From Styela clava (Eukaryota), in NCBI RefSeq assembly GCF_964204865.1, contig NC_135255.1, forward strand, positions 14,756,001 to 14,820,000: DNA of 64,000 nt, read 5' to 3'. Shown here in pieces: positions 27,801-40,500 of this stretch. The notes under the pieces are model-generated. The model searched no databases and had not been told where the DNA came from. It saw nothing but the letters and a program-made list of their open reading frames with translations. The first letter of the stretch is position 1; every line of letters begins with the position of its first letter. The translations under genes and the position numbers were made by a program.

Positions 27801-29574
27801 AAAGCAAGTAAAAGCCTCGGAACTTGTGATGTTCTGACCCAGTAATATCGCTAAGACTATTGTTACTATCGTGGCCACGTAAGGTGTTAGTCCGGCCAAC
27901 CCCATATTAAAACTTTGAAGAAACATTGCACGATGAAGATACTTCCATTCGTTATTTCGTATATGATGAACAACTTTAGTGAAAGATTCCTCCCATGCAT
28001 ACATTTTAATAAGTTTAATGGAAGAGAGAATTTCATTGATTGATTTTACTCTCTGGTCTGTAAATTTGACAGCTTTTTGTCTTAAAAGATTCAAAACTTT
28101 CATCAGACCAATTTGAAGCAGTAAAATTAGAATAAAAATACCGCAACCACTCAATGCAATTGGTCCAACTAAAAAACAAACGTAAGTGGTGCCAACCACG
28201 AACATAATAGGACCAGTTAACAGCAAATGTCCAACATTAATAGCGTCAAATACGCGGTCACCATCGCTAGAGCATAAATTCACAATTTCTCCAACGCTCG
28301 AGGATTCTGTTGGTGGTACTTGGAGTATTTTTTGAAAAACTGCCATTGTTAATGCGGCCCGAGTGCGGGCTCCAGATCTCATGCTTACAGCAAATGACAT
28401 GGAGAAGCAAATCAATCTTATCACTTCAGCTATCAGCATCCCAACGACTAGTAATATCCCGGCTTTCAAGTCTGAGTTTGAGGTTTCAACATATTGCAGC
28501 AAATACCTAACGACGATTCCATTACTTGCAAACTGTGCAAGAACAAAAAATAATATGCATATTGTAGAAACGGCCAGTCTTGTACGTATAAAACGGAAAA
28601 TAACCCGTTTCAAAGATGCCAAGTCCCCTCTATTTTTTATCTCCTCAGACCATAATCGAACGAACCTCTGGCAGTTGGTTTCGGCAGCGTCATACTTTGG
28701 AACTTTCCACAGGCTTTCAATTGGAACTGGAGACCTAAATACATATAGTATTAAATCACAGCCGATAGTAGATAAGAATTCATACCCGCTTAGTCGGAGT
28801 ATACTATTAGACTCTCAGATATCAGCGATGTATAATTGAATTGCATTTAATGCTTTAAAAAAATCATTTGCAAGTTTCCGAAAATGATCGCCAGTGGATC
28901 ATACAGGCAGAAAATGCATAAATAATGCATCAAAAAAAAAAAAAATTGAGCTCGAAAAAATATAAAAAGGAGCTGAAATATAATGTTTTTATGAATTTCC
29001 AGCAAAATTTTTTATTTCATGTCACACTCGTCGATTATCCTGCCACTTCAGAGTTTTCCTTGGGTACTCACTTGTGCAAACATGTTCCAAATTATTCAGG
29101 AAGTTTTTAATTTCACAGGGTTATGTTAGAACCGTGGCTGTATAACAATAATTTCAAACTGAAATATTTCGATAAGGCGGTTATCGCCGTACTGCAGTCT
29201 GTAATATACAAATTCCAGAAAATTTATCTCTTGTTATTTGTTACGGCACGGTGGTATGCATGCCCAAATGCTTCCGACTAAACTAGACATATCATTCACA
29301 TATATATTTATATTACATCAGCGACTACCACAAAAATAAACTATTGGAATAGGGATTGAATATTAAACAACTTAGTAAATGCTCACCTGTATAACTTCCA
29401 TACTAAGCCGGTTACCCACGAATAAAACACAGTGGAAAAGAATCCAGCATTATCAATGGGATGTCCGATTGCTTTCTTACTCCGATAAGGCAACAATGCT
29501 TTTGCAGAATTTCTGTATTTTCCACCTCTGCGAAATTCCACATTAGGTTTGTTGTCTTTTTTATTACCTCCCAT
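24813..29574 (-). CDS. ABCC5: ABC transporter C family, ABCC5/MRP5-like (no TMD0), 1369 aa, two coding exons
   Basis: Exon 29574-29387 (HPIDNAGFFSTVFYSW) splices to 28734-24813. TMD1-NBD1-TMD2-NBD2 order. Walker A GRVGSGKS and GRTGSGKS; signatures MSGGQ and FSVGE; Walker B IYLLDD and LILDE. Assignment within the ABCC5/11/12 clade comes from motif recognition only. Confidence 0.9.
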
Positions 29575-31336
29575 GACAGATTTTTTTTTATAAATAACTG
29601 CATATTTAAAACAATGAGTAAATTACATTGATCATAGCTCATATTGATAGATGATATTGTATAGACTATGAGATATAACGGTTCCGCTGCTTGGACAAGC
29701 CCAATTTAGCAAGCAAGTCAAATTCTCTAGATCTACAACACACAACGAAATCGTATTCTCAAATATAGCTAAACAAGAAAACACGACGAGACATTATGGG
29801 ACAAAACCCATTTTAAGGTTATTACCGAAGCCTAATATAAAATAAGAAAATTGTACCCGGACTGTAACAGCCAGTCGCAAAATGATCGATACTTTCGTTT
29901 CTAGAATCAGGGAGGTATATGTGAAATATAAATCTTTCTCTTGTTGCGTAACAAGCAATGATTTTTTTCCAGGAATGAAACCAATAGAATTCTCTCCCTT
30001 TTTCTCCACGTAACGAGGCTGATAAACAAATCTTGTCGATGAACTATTTACACCGTAAAATCACAGGCCGTCCGTCAGTCAGCATGAAAATACTCTCCCT
30101 TACGAATTTCCAATCACGAATGCAGAATAAACGGAAACGAAATACTCTCCTATTTCAAATTTCTGATTTGGAAGCTGGGAATATCGAGCTTACCGATTGC
30201 GTATTTCAACACTCAGCAATCATCATCAGTACATATCTTAAAGTGGCCTCAAAAATGAATTGAGAAGTATTGGCCAGATCTTGGCAAGCTAGTGATAAGT
30301 TGCGATCAGAAAACATTTTTTAATAACGGAATTAGCCAATTTGGTCTCAAGCAATTAAACGCACGATATTTTGCTAAATAACTTGTTTTTACCAATTTAT
30401 TCATATTCATGGACAGCCATTAAAAATATCTACCAGGCCCATTAGACTAGAGCACTAATGATCTACTAAATGTACAGCGATACTTTTAGGCGGGATATAC
30501 GTACAGGTACAAAACTATTCAGGAATTCCGTCAACATCCTACAATTCTTTTTTGCTGTGTGATCAGCCGCAATTCTGATTATATCTTTAGCATTGTCTAT
30601 ACACAACTTAAAATCATCTTGATAGTTTCGACCGCATCTACTTCTAACTCATTTAGTTTGAAAAGAATGCCGTCGTGGTAAATATTTAGAGAATAATTTT
30701 TCGCCCGACTCACAGGCAAATTCTTTGCAAGGATATTTATTACAAATTGTGGTACCGACACATTTTCATTTGCCCTACAGGTATATACGCGCTGGGACAA
30801 TATACGGGATAAGTATACACATTACAACCTAGTCATCACTTAATTAAAATTGATAATATATACAGCAGCTTGCGATTCTGTCATGCAGAGAATATCGGAA
30901 GTGGCACTATACACAGATCGTGTGAAGTCATTAGTGCTGTATGCGTGACTGCCACGGTGATGGCGCTAACGACCGCCAGAATTCGTAAAACATGTACATA
31001 TTGATAATGGCGTTTCTGAAGTAAGCGTGATTAAGTTGCTTGAAAATTGGAATATTAACTTCAAAGAGATCACGTGACATACCATTCGCAGAAACTACCA
31101 CAGGCAATAAATACAGTAAAATTGCGTAAAGACAAGAAAATGGTTATTAAATATATACGTTCTGGACAACAAGTTTCGCGACATTGTTCAAAAAATAATA
31201 TGGAATTTTCCAGAATTCAAAATAACATTCATAATTGTTACCAGACGCTCCAACCTATTTTCTATCGATCCGAATGTATAAAACGTTCAACGATAGGAAC
31301 CAAACATTAACCTAGCAGGCTCTGAGCTTAAAAAAC

Positions 31337-31556
31337 GGTAGCGTGTGTAGTGTGTACCAGGTTAGCGTTAGGCCATAATTGTATTCCGATTTTCTTTATT
31401 TTAGTTCTAATACGAGTTCAGGGACTATCTGTGTTAGTCAAGTGAATATAACACCTGCCCATAGGTTTCAGTCTCTTTACACAACTTGATGTAAAGTAGA
31501 CGAACAAAATTAGTTACATCTATATTCCATATTGGTACACACACTTCTGGAGCACC
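31337..31556. mobile_element. Palindromic MITE family, variant copy
   Basis: ccaggttagcgttaggccataatt arm; remainder matches the reverse complement of 2428-2560. Confidence 0.75.
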
Positions 31557-32783
31557 TAAAAAACTACTCCAAGCTAATCATCAAATTTCATTCCTCGTCT
31601 GCAAAGGGGAGCTTGAAATTGAATACTACGTTTGAGCAAAATATAAATAATTCATGGACGGTTAGGCCATTGCTTGTGTATACTAGAGAAAATAATGTTA
31701 AATCAGTCTTTCTTTCAGGTCATGCCTGTCTGCGTAATCCACAATCCCGACATCGCGCGAATAGTATGGCACTCCACGCCATCGGTAAATCGTGCAAATT
31801 TTTTCAATTGACGTTGCTAGGCGCAGAAAAATCTCCGGACATTATCCAATGATACATCACTATTTCGAATAATATCCTGAGATGCTATAGTTTGGGAGGC
31901 CCGGAATCTTTCCGGTTCGACATTGACTACCCAATTTATTACCACCTTTTGTTGCATTAGGTCTAAGGACATAATTCGGGTGGCAGATATGATAATTTGA
32001 AGAATGTTTGCCAATTACGAACACTTATTAATGCGCGGAGGAGTGGGAGTGACATGAAGCCAAATGTAATTCCGTAAGATGAGATCGTCACTGTGAATTA
32101 TATACAAACTTTACACGTCCACTGCGTTTTAAAGACCGTAAACGTCCTACTGTCTGTTGTGGTTACATTGTGAAACATGACATGACAAATCTCCCGCATC
32201 AAACAAGAAATATGCGATTTATTACGATTTATGTTTATTGCACATGGCAAAAATTCTGTGCTCACATATTAGATGGTGTACTGTCGGTACGAATTTTGCT
32301 ACATAGAAATTAACAGATTAAGTAACGAAATCTTCCTGCCTCAACTAAAGACGACTAGTTAAACAGCATGCTAATATCATATTACTCGCGGTCATTTCCT
32401 GAGTAGCTTTGTGCAATCTGCTAAACGAGGCCAATGATCAGTGGAAGTAGTAATGATGGTAGGTAGCCTTATCCGAACTTTGTATATTTTTGCTGAATGT
32501 GAAAGGAAACTCATGATGGTTTTTAATTTCTGAGAATGAAGTTAATATGCAAATGATAGCATGGTGAAATTCTCATTATATGAATGATACATGCAACTTG
32601 CAAGGCGATGTGTAAATCAGTGCACAAATTCCGTGAGAATTTCAATGAAATCAACACATTAACAAATACGTTTTGAATCACAACACGTTTATTCTTTCAA
32701 CATAACTGATCGTATTTGCGTCACGCTAATGCTTCTGCTATTTGTTATAAAAAGTACATTACTACTTGTTCTACGATACTAAT

Positions 32784-32965
32784 ATAAATGGTGTCTTATG
32801 TAAATAGTTTTATTCATTCTAGAATTTCCCCAGGACTCACAACACCAGGCCTACATTATTCTGCATAAATGGTGTCTTATGTAAATAGTTTTATTCATCC
32901 TCGAATTTCCCTTGGACTCACAACACCAGGCCTACATTATTCTGCATACCGTATAAATGGTGTTT
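32784..32965. repeat. 81-bp tandem duplication plus a partial third start
   Basis: ataaatggtgtcttatgtaaatag...cctacattattctgc at 32784 and 32865. Confidence 0.9.
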
Positions 32966-35126
32966 ATACGCATCACAATACTGATATTCAATTTCGTGAA
33001 TACCATAACCAAATCCTTTCGCTGTTCTTCTAATCGATATATATCAATGGGTAACTACGCGATATAAATATATGCAACTATCGTCATTTCTGCCAATTGA
33101 ATTATCCTAGCTATCCTAGCCTCTCCAGATTTGACATAAGCAAGCTTACAACGGCTCGAATGGCTTCTCATTTAGGCGCTCGTCGTTCCACCTCGATGAA
33201 TACATTTATGATAGAACAATGAAAAGCCAGATGCCTTACCAAATAAAAACAACCATATCGTGACAAACTGAATCGAAACAATTTAGTCAGCTATTTGGTC
33301 GATAGGACGGGTGCGCCTGTGACTACAGGAAACAGTGCAACCAACTTAAATGCGGTCAATTGATGTTATACTCGCCTGCGGCTACGCCTGTCGACGATAG
33401 ATGCGTAGCACGTAGTTTTGAAACATCTTTACAGACGCCATACAGGGTCCAATTCCTGAAGTGGATTTTACATCCGATTAAACTCGACACACACATCCCA
33501 TATGCGGTAGAGTAGATACAATGGTGAATAACCAGAAATGAATATAAAGGGCATGCTCCTTGGACCATTATAGTTTCTAACAAAAGCGGTACCATACAGT
33601 ACTAGTTTTTTATTATCAAGAAATATTTACACTTCGACAAACCAAGCTTGTCATGTCATATTCTAATCCTATGGTCGAAAGCGCTTCTGCGGAATCTTTT
33701 GAATAATAATAATGATCTTTATGAATAGGTAATTAAGCGTACCAAACTCTCTCTAATAAGAGTGATCATGATCATACAGTTAAATGCTCCATTATGCGTG
33801 GACAGTGCACACTCTTAACATTTTTCTTTGGTAATAAACTGGGTTGGCCCTGACTGGGTGCTGGTCAGCTGACCTGACTTTTATGGGAGTCATTGCAGTA
33901 GGCCTACATAATAATAAGACAAGTGCTGGCGTAATAATTGAAATTTTAGCACCCCTCAGACATTTTTACTCTGATTTTAGGGCATGGTGGTAAACAGCTC
34001 GTTTTCGTGGTTTTGTTCGCTATTTCTCAGTTTTTAGTTCTGCTTACAAAATAAAGTTAGTTGAGCTCGATGGTCTTTTGCCTTCAAAAGAGTTTCGGTT
34101 TTGTTGCAGTTATAAAGAATTAGTACCGATAAATTCGCGATCGGCTGCCCTTATTATTGCCAAACTCTTTTTACGGACACTGGAGAAATCTTCCAGCCCA
34201 GATATTTATTGAATATTTGAAAATTCGTGGTCATACATGTAGTCAGTTTCCATTTGTATGCGCGTACAATAATTTTAAAAGTGAAGGTTTTCAGAAAGGT
34301 CATAGGATATGTGGATAATCACAGCCAAGTAGAAGCCCCCTAGAACACTAACATTGCCTAATCGTCTCCCCAAGACATAGTGGACCACTCACAAAATACC
34401 TCATTAATGCGCAAGACTAGGTCACGTTCATACAAAATTTTATCATGATTAGTTAGAAATGTATTTCAGGACAATCAATTCCATGCACCAAACTAATAAA
34501 AATAATAGAACACACACAATGAACAATTATTAAATACGATTAGATAATAAACATTGTATATCGTAAATCAGTAAAATCTATAACCATAATGACAGTATCA
34601 ACGCAAGAAATTATACCGAGTGAAACAAAATAGTAAATATGTAATGCACCATGATTTTATTTCATTATGACTATGAGGTATTATCTTTCGATGCACATAT
34701 GGATTGTGATTGCATAGTTGGCACAGAAATTTATATGACAAATTAAGACAATATTTAAAAAATACATCTTGAAGAAGTCAAAGAAATCACAAAAAATAAA
34801 TAATTGAACAGGGTTGAATTGAAAAAAACAAGCACTTCTTGAGGTTAATTGTAGGATAATAAGCGAAGTAAATCCAGCATAAATCAAAATTTTCACAGGG
34901 TAAACGATTATAAATCTCTGAATAAAACCACATATAAACAGTGAAGTGCACAACAGTGATATTAAAGGTATTCATAGCTAATACAATGTGAATAGTTGAG
35001 ATTGCTCATGGTTACATACGTCTACATGTATTCGTATTTCTATCTACAACATATTGAAATACAAAACTGCTTGAAACACAGATGCCTGACACATGGTTAG
35101 GGTAACCTGAATATAAATAGATATCC

Positions 35127-35295
35127 CAAGTGAGGAGATTCAGCCGGTCCGCATCGCTTCTATAGAACTGTCTCACAGAATTTTATGAGATCAGTGAATC
35201 AGTTAGCATTGCTAAAAAAACATGTAACAGAACCGGCCGAAAAATATAGCTTTTGTGATGGAACCGGCTGACAAAAAATTTGAATCCCACCACTG
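35127..35295. mobile_element. Short hAT-like MITE
   Basis: Degenerate TIRs aagtgaggagattca / tgaatcccaccactg; internal gaaccggc repeats. Confidence 0.55.
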
Positions 35296-35456
35296 GGTAT
35301 TCATAAAAAGACATTCATTTAAAACAGTTAGAAGCTTGTTGCGACCAAAGTATCTATGAAAGCAATTAGGTATGAAACTTCGTTAACACACACTCAATTA
35401 TGAAACAATTCCATACAAGAAGGAATCTTCGGCAGCTGTACAGTTCATTCATTTCA

Positions 35457-36407
35457 CTATTTTAAGTCCCACTCAGGATGGTGAAAAAATATATTTTTCC
35501 ACGATTTAGCCCACTTTTTGTATACTCTTTTCTCAGTGAGAAATCGATGTGCACCAGCTCTTGCATATTCATGTGTTCTATAAGTAGAACACTGATTAGT
35601 GCCTTTTTTATAATAGTGATATGGGACATCTTTAAACAATTTAACTAGCTGTTTTTCACAGTAATCATCTTCTACCATTCCATAAATATGGATTTGCTTG
35701 CATATATCTTTAGCAAATAAAATACTGAACCACCCAGTTGACAAATATGCTCCAGATTTCATACGATTTTTTCCAGTTTCTATTTCGAAGCGATTGTCTG
35801 CATCTTTAACTCTATTTTGACTCAAAACATGAAGATTGATATCAGGATTTTGTTTCACGATGTCTTTTAAGTGTCTATTTGTTATTTTTCCCGGTTCCAA
35901 ATTCTTCTTCGGACCCCAAACCAGAAACAAGGCATTTGCAACTTCTTCTGGAGTTATTCGTGCATAATTTTTGACATCTACAACTGATGAATGAGCAAAT
36001 ATTCTGTATGTTGTTTTTGACCCAACGTCTTCTTCAAATGTTGCAGTGGGTGCATTGTTCATTCTCAAAACACAATCATGACTATCTATTTCTATCCCAG
36101 CTTTGCTGTCGAGCATTGTACCGGCACTGCTTACTAATGCACATGAATTGCACAATATTGGAAATGTACTTCTACCATTAAACCGAATGAAATCTTGATT
36201 GAAATCAGTTTTGAAGACTGCTCTATTGATTGGCGTAGCATTTACATAATTATCATCATCGCTTTTTTGAAGTTGTATGGAGTATCGTACAGGCGATTTT
36301 GAGATGTTACTATAATACAATATGCCTGCTAACAAAAGCAAAGATGTCACTATAATAAATATCTTCCTATGTCTGAAGATGAACACGTTGCAATTCTGGA
36401 ACAGCAT
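35457..36407 (-). CDS. ST6GALNAC: Alpha-N-acetylgalactosaminide alpha-2,6-sialyltransferase (GT29, ST6GalNAc III-VI-like), 316 aa, single coding exon
   Basis: Type II TM segment (IFIIVTSLLLLAGILYY); sialylmotif L CALVSSAG...EIDSHDCVLRMNNAP...DVGSKTT; motif S LSTGWF...C...IYGM; motif III PYHYY; motif VS HRFLTEK. The first true ATG is at 36407; the ORF track starts at an upstream GTG. Confidence 0.92.
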   Translation of the reverse strand: MLFQNCNVFIFRHRKIFIIVTSLLLLAGILYYSNISKSPVRYSIQLQKSDDDNYVNATPINRAVFKTDFNQDFIRFNGRSTFPILCNSCALVSSAGTMLDSKAGIEIDSHDCVLRMNNAPTATFEEDVGSKTTYRIFAHSSVVDVKNYARITPEEVANALFLVWGPKKNLEPGKITNRHLKDIVKQNPDINLHVLSQNRVKDADNRFEIETGKNRMKSGAYLSTGWFSILFAKDICKQIHIYGMVEDDYCEKQLVKLFKDVPYHYYKKGTNQCSTYRTHEYARAGAHRFLTEKRVYKKWAKSWKNIFFHHPEWDLK

Positions 36408-37117
36408 GATTTTATTTTCAACACAATGTTCCCATGTAACCACACAGAATCTTCACCTTTTCAATGCCTAAACGTATATGATACGAAAAATTATTTGAAA
36501 TGACTCAGAAATCACCACAAAATCAATGAAATATAGCCTCTATACTGTATGTAACAGACCAAATTGGACTTGGCTGAACAGTAAAAAGAGCACAAACAAT
36601 AGATTACTGCATTATGGAATGTCGTACACTTCGCAGACATACAGCTATAACTACCGGTAAGTGTCCACACACTGTTGCTTCATCAGTAAGTACTCTCCAT
36701 ACAGCCATAATTCAGTAATTAGTTGAGGAATCAGGATCTTGTTATAAGGTTTTTTATTTAATTTTTCCATTGAAGTGTCAAACTTTTATTAATGTTGACT
36801 TCGCCTGTTAAAAATCCTTTCCCACCAGACGATAGATAAATTAGTTGAAATCCGACATGTTACAAAAAAGGTCCATGCACAAGCCAAACACACAACGAAA
36901 ATAAACATCTGAACATGATAATCATTCAAAAAAGTATTAATTTACATGGGTAATCAGACCTCGCTACCGGTACTGTACCTACAGACCTATGCCACTGATT
37001 ATAAGTTAACAGGATCCCTCTGAGTGAATCGACTATAACAGACGGCAATATCAAGAAGTGCTGAGGTGTGCATGTACCTGATGTCAGGATAATTTTGTCA
37101 GTAAATTAACAACTTAC

Positions 37118-37544
37118 CGAAACAATTACAGGTTATCTTTTATTTCTCTGGATAGTGATATAGTTACGGTTAACGCATTTCAATTTGAAGTCGGCTGTCC
37201 TCCGACCCCAGCTTCGTCTTGGCAAGTGTGAAACGTGAATTTGCTTGACGCGACAAACACAGAGCTCTGTATTTTGCAGATTACAATTCTGAATACTTGA
37301 TGAAAATATTCCGTTAAAACGATCAGCAATCTACCGCATGAGTACTAATAAATTTTTTTTTATGAAGATTGAGAATTGTGTTAGACGAAATAGCAAAGTT
37401 ATCGGTGAAAAAATAGCACGCAGCAATCCACAATAGCAGGGTTAAATTCAACATTTTTTTCATCAACTATTGCGCGCTTCGCGGTCATCTTCTCGTAAAC
37501 AATCTTTCAAAGTGCGTTCGATACGAGTGCAGTAGATTTTAAGC
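37118..37544. promoter_or_regulatory. Probable bidirectional promoter between the sialyltransferase and ACTR6
   Basis: Minus-strand donor GTAAGT at 37117-37112 and acceptor at ~36468 suggest a 5'UTR exon of the sialyltransferase ending at 37118. The ACTR6 ATG is at 37545, with a CpG-richer patch at 37470-37495. Confidence 0.45.
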
Positions 37545-40500
37545 ATGGAAAAACAAAATACTGTTGTTCTGGATATTGGAGCATGTAACTTAAAAATTGG
37601 CACTGACGATGGAATTCGGTAAGCTGGGAAACTCTTTATTTCTGTGATGCATTATATTCATTTTTATAATTTTTTCATATTAACTGAATAATGCTCTAGG
37701 AATCTGGGAATAGCTATCATCTGAAGTAATTCCTCAAACAGAAATAAAACTAGAATTTATAGATGAGCACAGTGACCCAAGTTTCGTGCCTAGCTGTATC
37801 TTGCAGCCTTCTGCAATGAATTACATCTATGTATTTATTTTAAATTTAAGAAACATCCCAAACTGCATCTTCAAATCAAAAATGGAAAGGAGGAAATCAT
37901 TCATTTCAGGCCAGATTGATAGCTGCAAAGATCATTCTGGTCTTTTCTACCTTCTCCCTTTTCAGAAAGGATATCTTGTGAATTGGGATGTCCAGAAACA
38001 AGTTTGGGATTATGCTTTTGGAAAAGATGTATTGAATGTGAGAAAGACTTTAAAGCTTGTGCACATTTTTTTAAAATGAATTCATGTTTTTGATCTACGG
38101 TATTTCGTATTTATCAAAATTTTAGTTAGCTGAAATTAGTTTAAATTCCACCATGTTGCAAAAATGACATCACACAAAGCGGAAATTCAGGATTTTTCAA
38201 CATGCAATATAAAAATATTGCATACTATAATCTCATTTTTCGATATAGAATATCAGTAAATAAAGTTTCGAGCACATGCAGTAGCATCGGGAATACAATC
38301 AATATCGATGGAGAGAGATAAACATTTCGTTTTGTATGATTCAGATCTTTTTGACCAACCAATGCATTGCTAATCCCATTTCTTTTATTTTTCAGTTGAA
38401 GCCTGCAGATACCTCAATCATATTGACAGAACCGCATTTTAATTTTCCTACAATACAAGAGGCAATGAATGAAATATTCTTCGAAGAATACGAATTTCAA
38501 AGTATTCTAAGGACGAACGCAACTACATTGTCATATAGAAAAGTATGTTGTTGGATTATATTTGTATCACTTTTGTCAACAAACCCTTTACGAAGAGTCA
38601 TATTCTCGATAATTAAGCCACATTGCCTACCAGTGTTCACTATTAGCGCACTTTTTTGCGAAAATTGCGAAGCACTTTCGCAACTTTTTTTAGGGACTGC
38701 GAAATAGCACTTTTTTCCGATTTTGAAGAGAAATAGCACTTTTTTCCGATTTTGAATGGAATAAAAATTCAAAGTTAACAAATATTTTCGAGTATTAAGT
38801 TGACAAATAAGTAACATACTGGTACTTTTGTAACTCAATTCTGCATATCATAACGATATTTACCGGAATTCTAACCTATGAGATGCAGACATAGGAGATA
38901 AAGCTTTTGCATTAACGGCAAAATTCTTGTTTATAATATGACTATTATACAAGCACAGGGATTCCGCTTCTCCCGCAAAAAAACGCTCCCGGGGCGTTTC
39001 TTTGAACGAGAGTGGTCATGTGACTATCAATGATATCGATGAATTCAAAATGACTATAAAAAGTGTTAGTAAGGTGTTATAGTCGCTTTGGATGAATTGT
39101 GACCAAACTGCACGATTTTCAAATCAGACGAAACTTTTAGCAGCATGTCACAGATTTGCAAAATCAACAAATTCACATTAAGTGCCATTTTATTGTAATC
39201 ACAATGTTGAAAGGAGGTGGCATTTTCCGTAATTTTGCGATATTTACACAACTATTTCTCATTGATATGCGAGGAGGGGTGGGCAAAATTCAATATATTT
39301 TTAAATCGAATATTTTTAAGGAGTACCGAATAAACGTGGTGGAAACATTAAAAAATCGGCAACAAAGCCTTTTTACTGGTTAATTCCGTTGTAATCTCTA
39401 ATTGTTCTCGTCACCGATCGTTTTGGCGGCGATATCCAGGTTTTGGGTAATCTATATTCCCGCCCTCTCTTTTTTACAAATATGAATTCTTGTGGGTCGG
39501 CGGACATCGAAGTTTTATATTTCGGGTTTACCCGTTCATTCACATCGGCAACAGCTGTTGAAGACATTGAGGACTCAAATTAACATTTGCGCTGGCTTTA
39601 ATATTACCTATCAAGATTTGTAAATTTACCGTCCCAATTTTATGCAATGGTAATATTATTGTCCATACCGTGATGCAGATATTTATTAAGAGTAAGACGA
39701 TAATTAACTTTCTCATGTATTTCTATGGTGATAAACTTCGCAAATCTGAAATTGTGCCAATCCTGAATGTTGATTTGAAATAGTGATTGAATAATTCGGC
39801 TATAAAGGCATTTCTGCGTGGTCATAAGACGAGATGACGTTAATGAACAGCACTTCTTTCACAGGATATTTTACGTATGCGACTTAATGCTAAAAAGATT
39901 GGGCTCGAGTGCTTTTTTTTCGAGTGCTGGAGTGCCTAATAGAGGTCAGGCGCTAATTGTAACTAATTTCCTCAAGTTTCAACGTGTTTTCAACAAAACA
40001 ATACCCCGGCGATAATTATAGCTAAAATGTTACCGAGCAATTCACAATTTTATTTATGGAATTTGCAAATTCACCAGTTTCTTGACGATTTTGATATTGT
40101 CACGCCCTAATTATTAGTGCAAAAAATACTCCCCTTCTTCCGTGGCGGTTTGACGGGTTCTTTGTTCCATTCTTCAGAAAGTTCTGACACGGGGGATATA
40201 GAATACTGAATCCGGAGGGTTGAATCCCTGTCCACTTACTGGTGATTTTCCGTTTTGAAATGCGTGAAACATTCTCTATTTTAAATTAAATGACGTTTCG
40301 CGGGCTAGAGTTCTCCCCGAAAATGATGTGTTCCAGAGGTTAGTTAGACGATAGATAAAACATTTAATTAATAATTTTCGTGAGGCCCCGTTTTCAAAAA
40401 TACAAAGTTATATCGCAAAAAAATGCGTTATGATACATTTGGAATGAAACATTATTTACCGTGAATTCAGATCACATGTTACTCTCCATGACACCCGGTA

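Noticed and set aside
24898-28839. Plus-strand ORFs of 63-158 aa within the ABCC gene
   Set aside because: Antisense shadows of the long coding exon with no recognisable motifs.
31817-32014. ORF fragment faintly resembling a BACK domain (QQKVVINWV...ER)
   Set aside because: The similarity is too short and no BTB or kelch sequence is nearby; a BLASTX search would be needed.
29574-35457. Operon-like pairing of the sialyltransferase and ABCC genes
   Set aside because: Same strand but ~5.9 kb apart with repeats between; tunicate operons typically have little or no intercistronic DNA.
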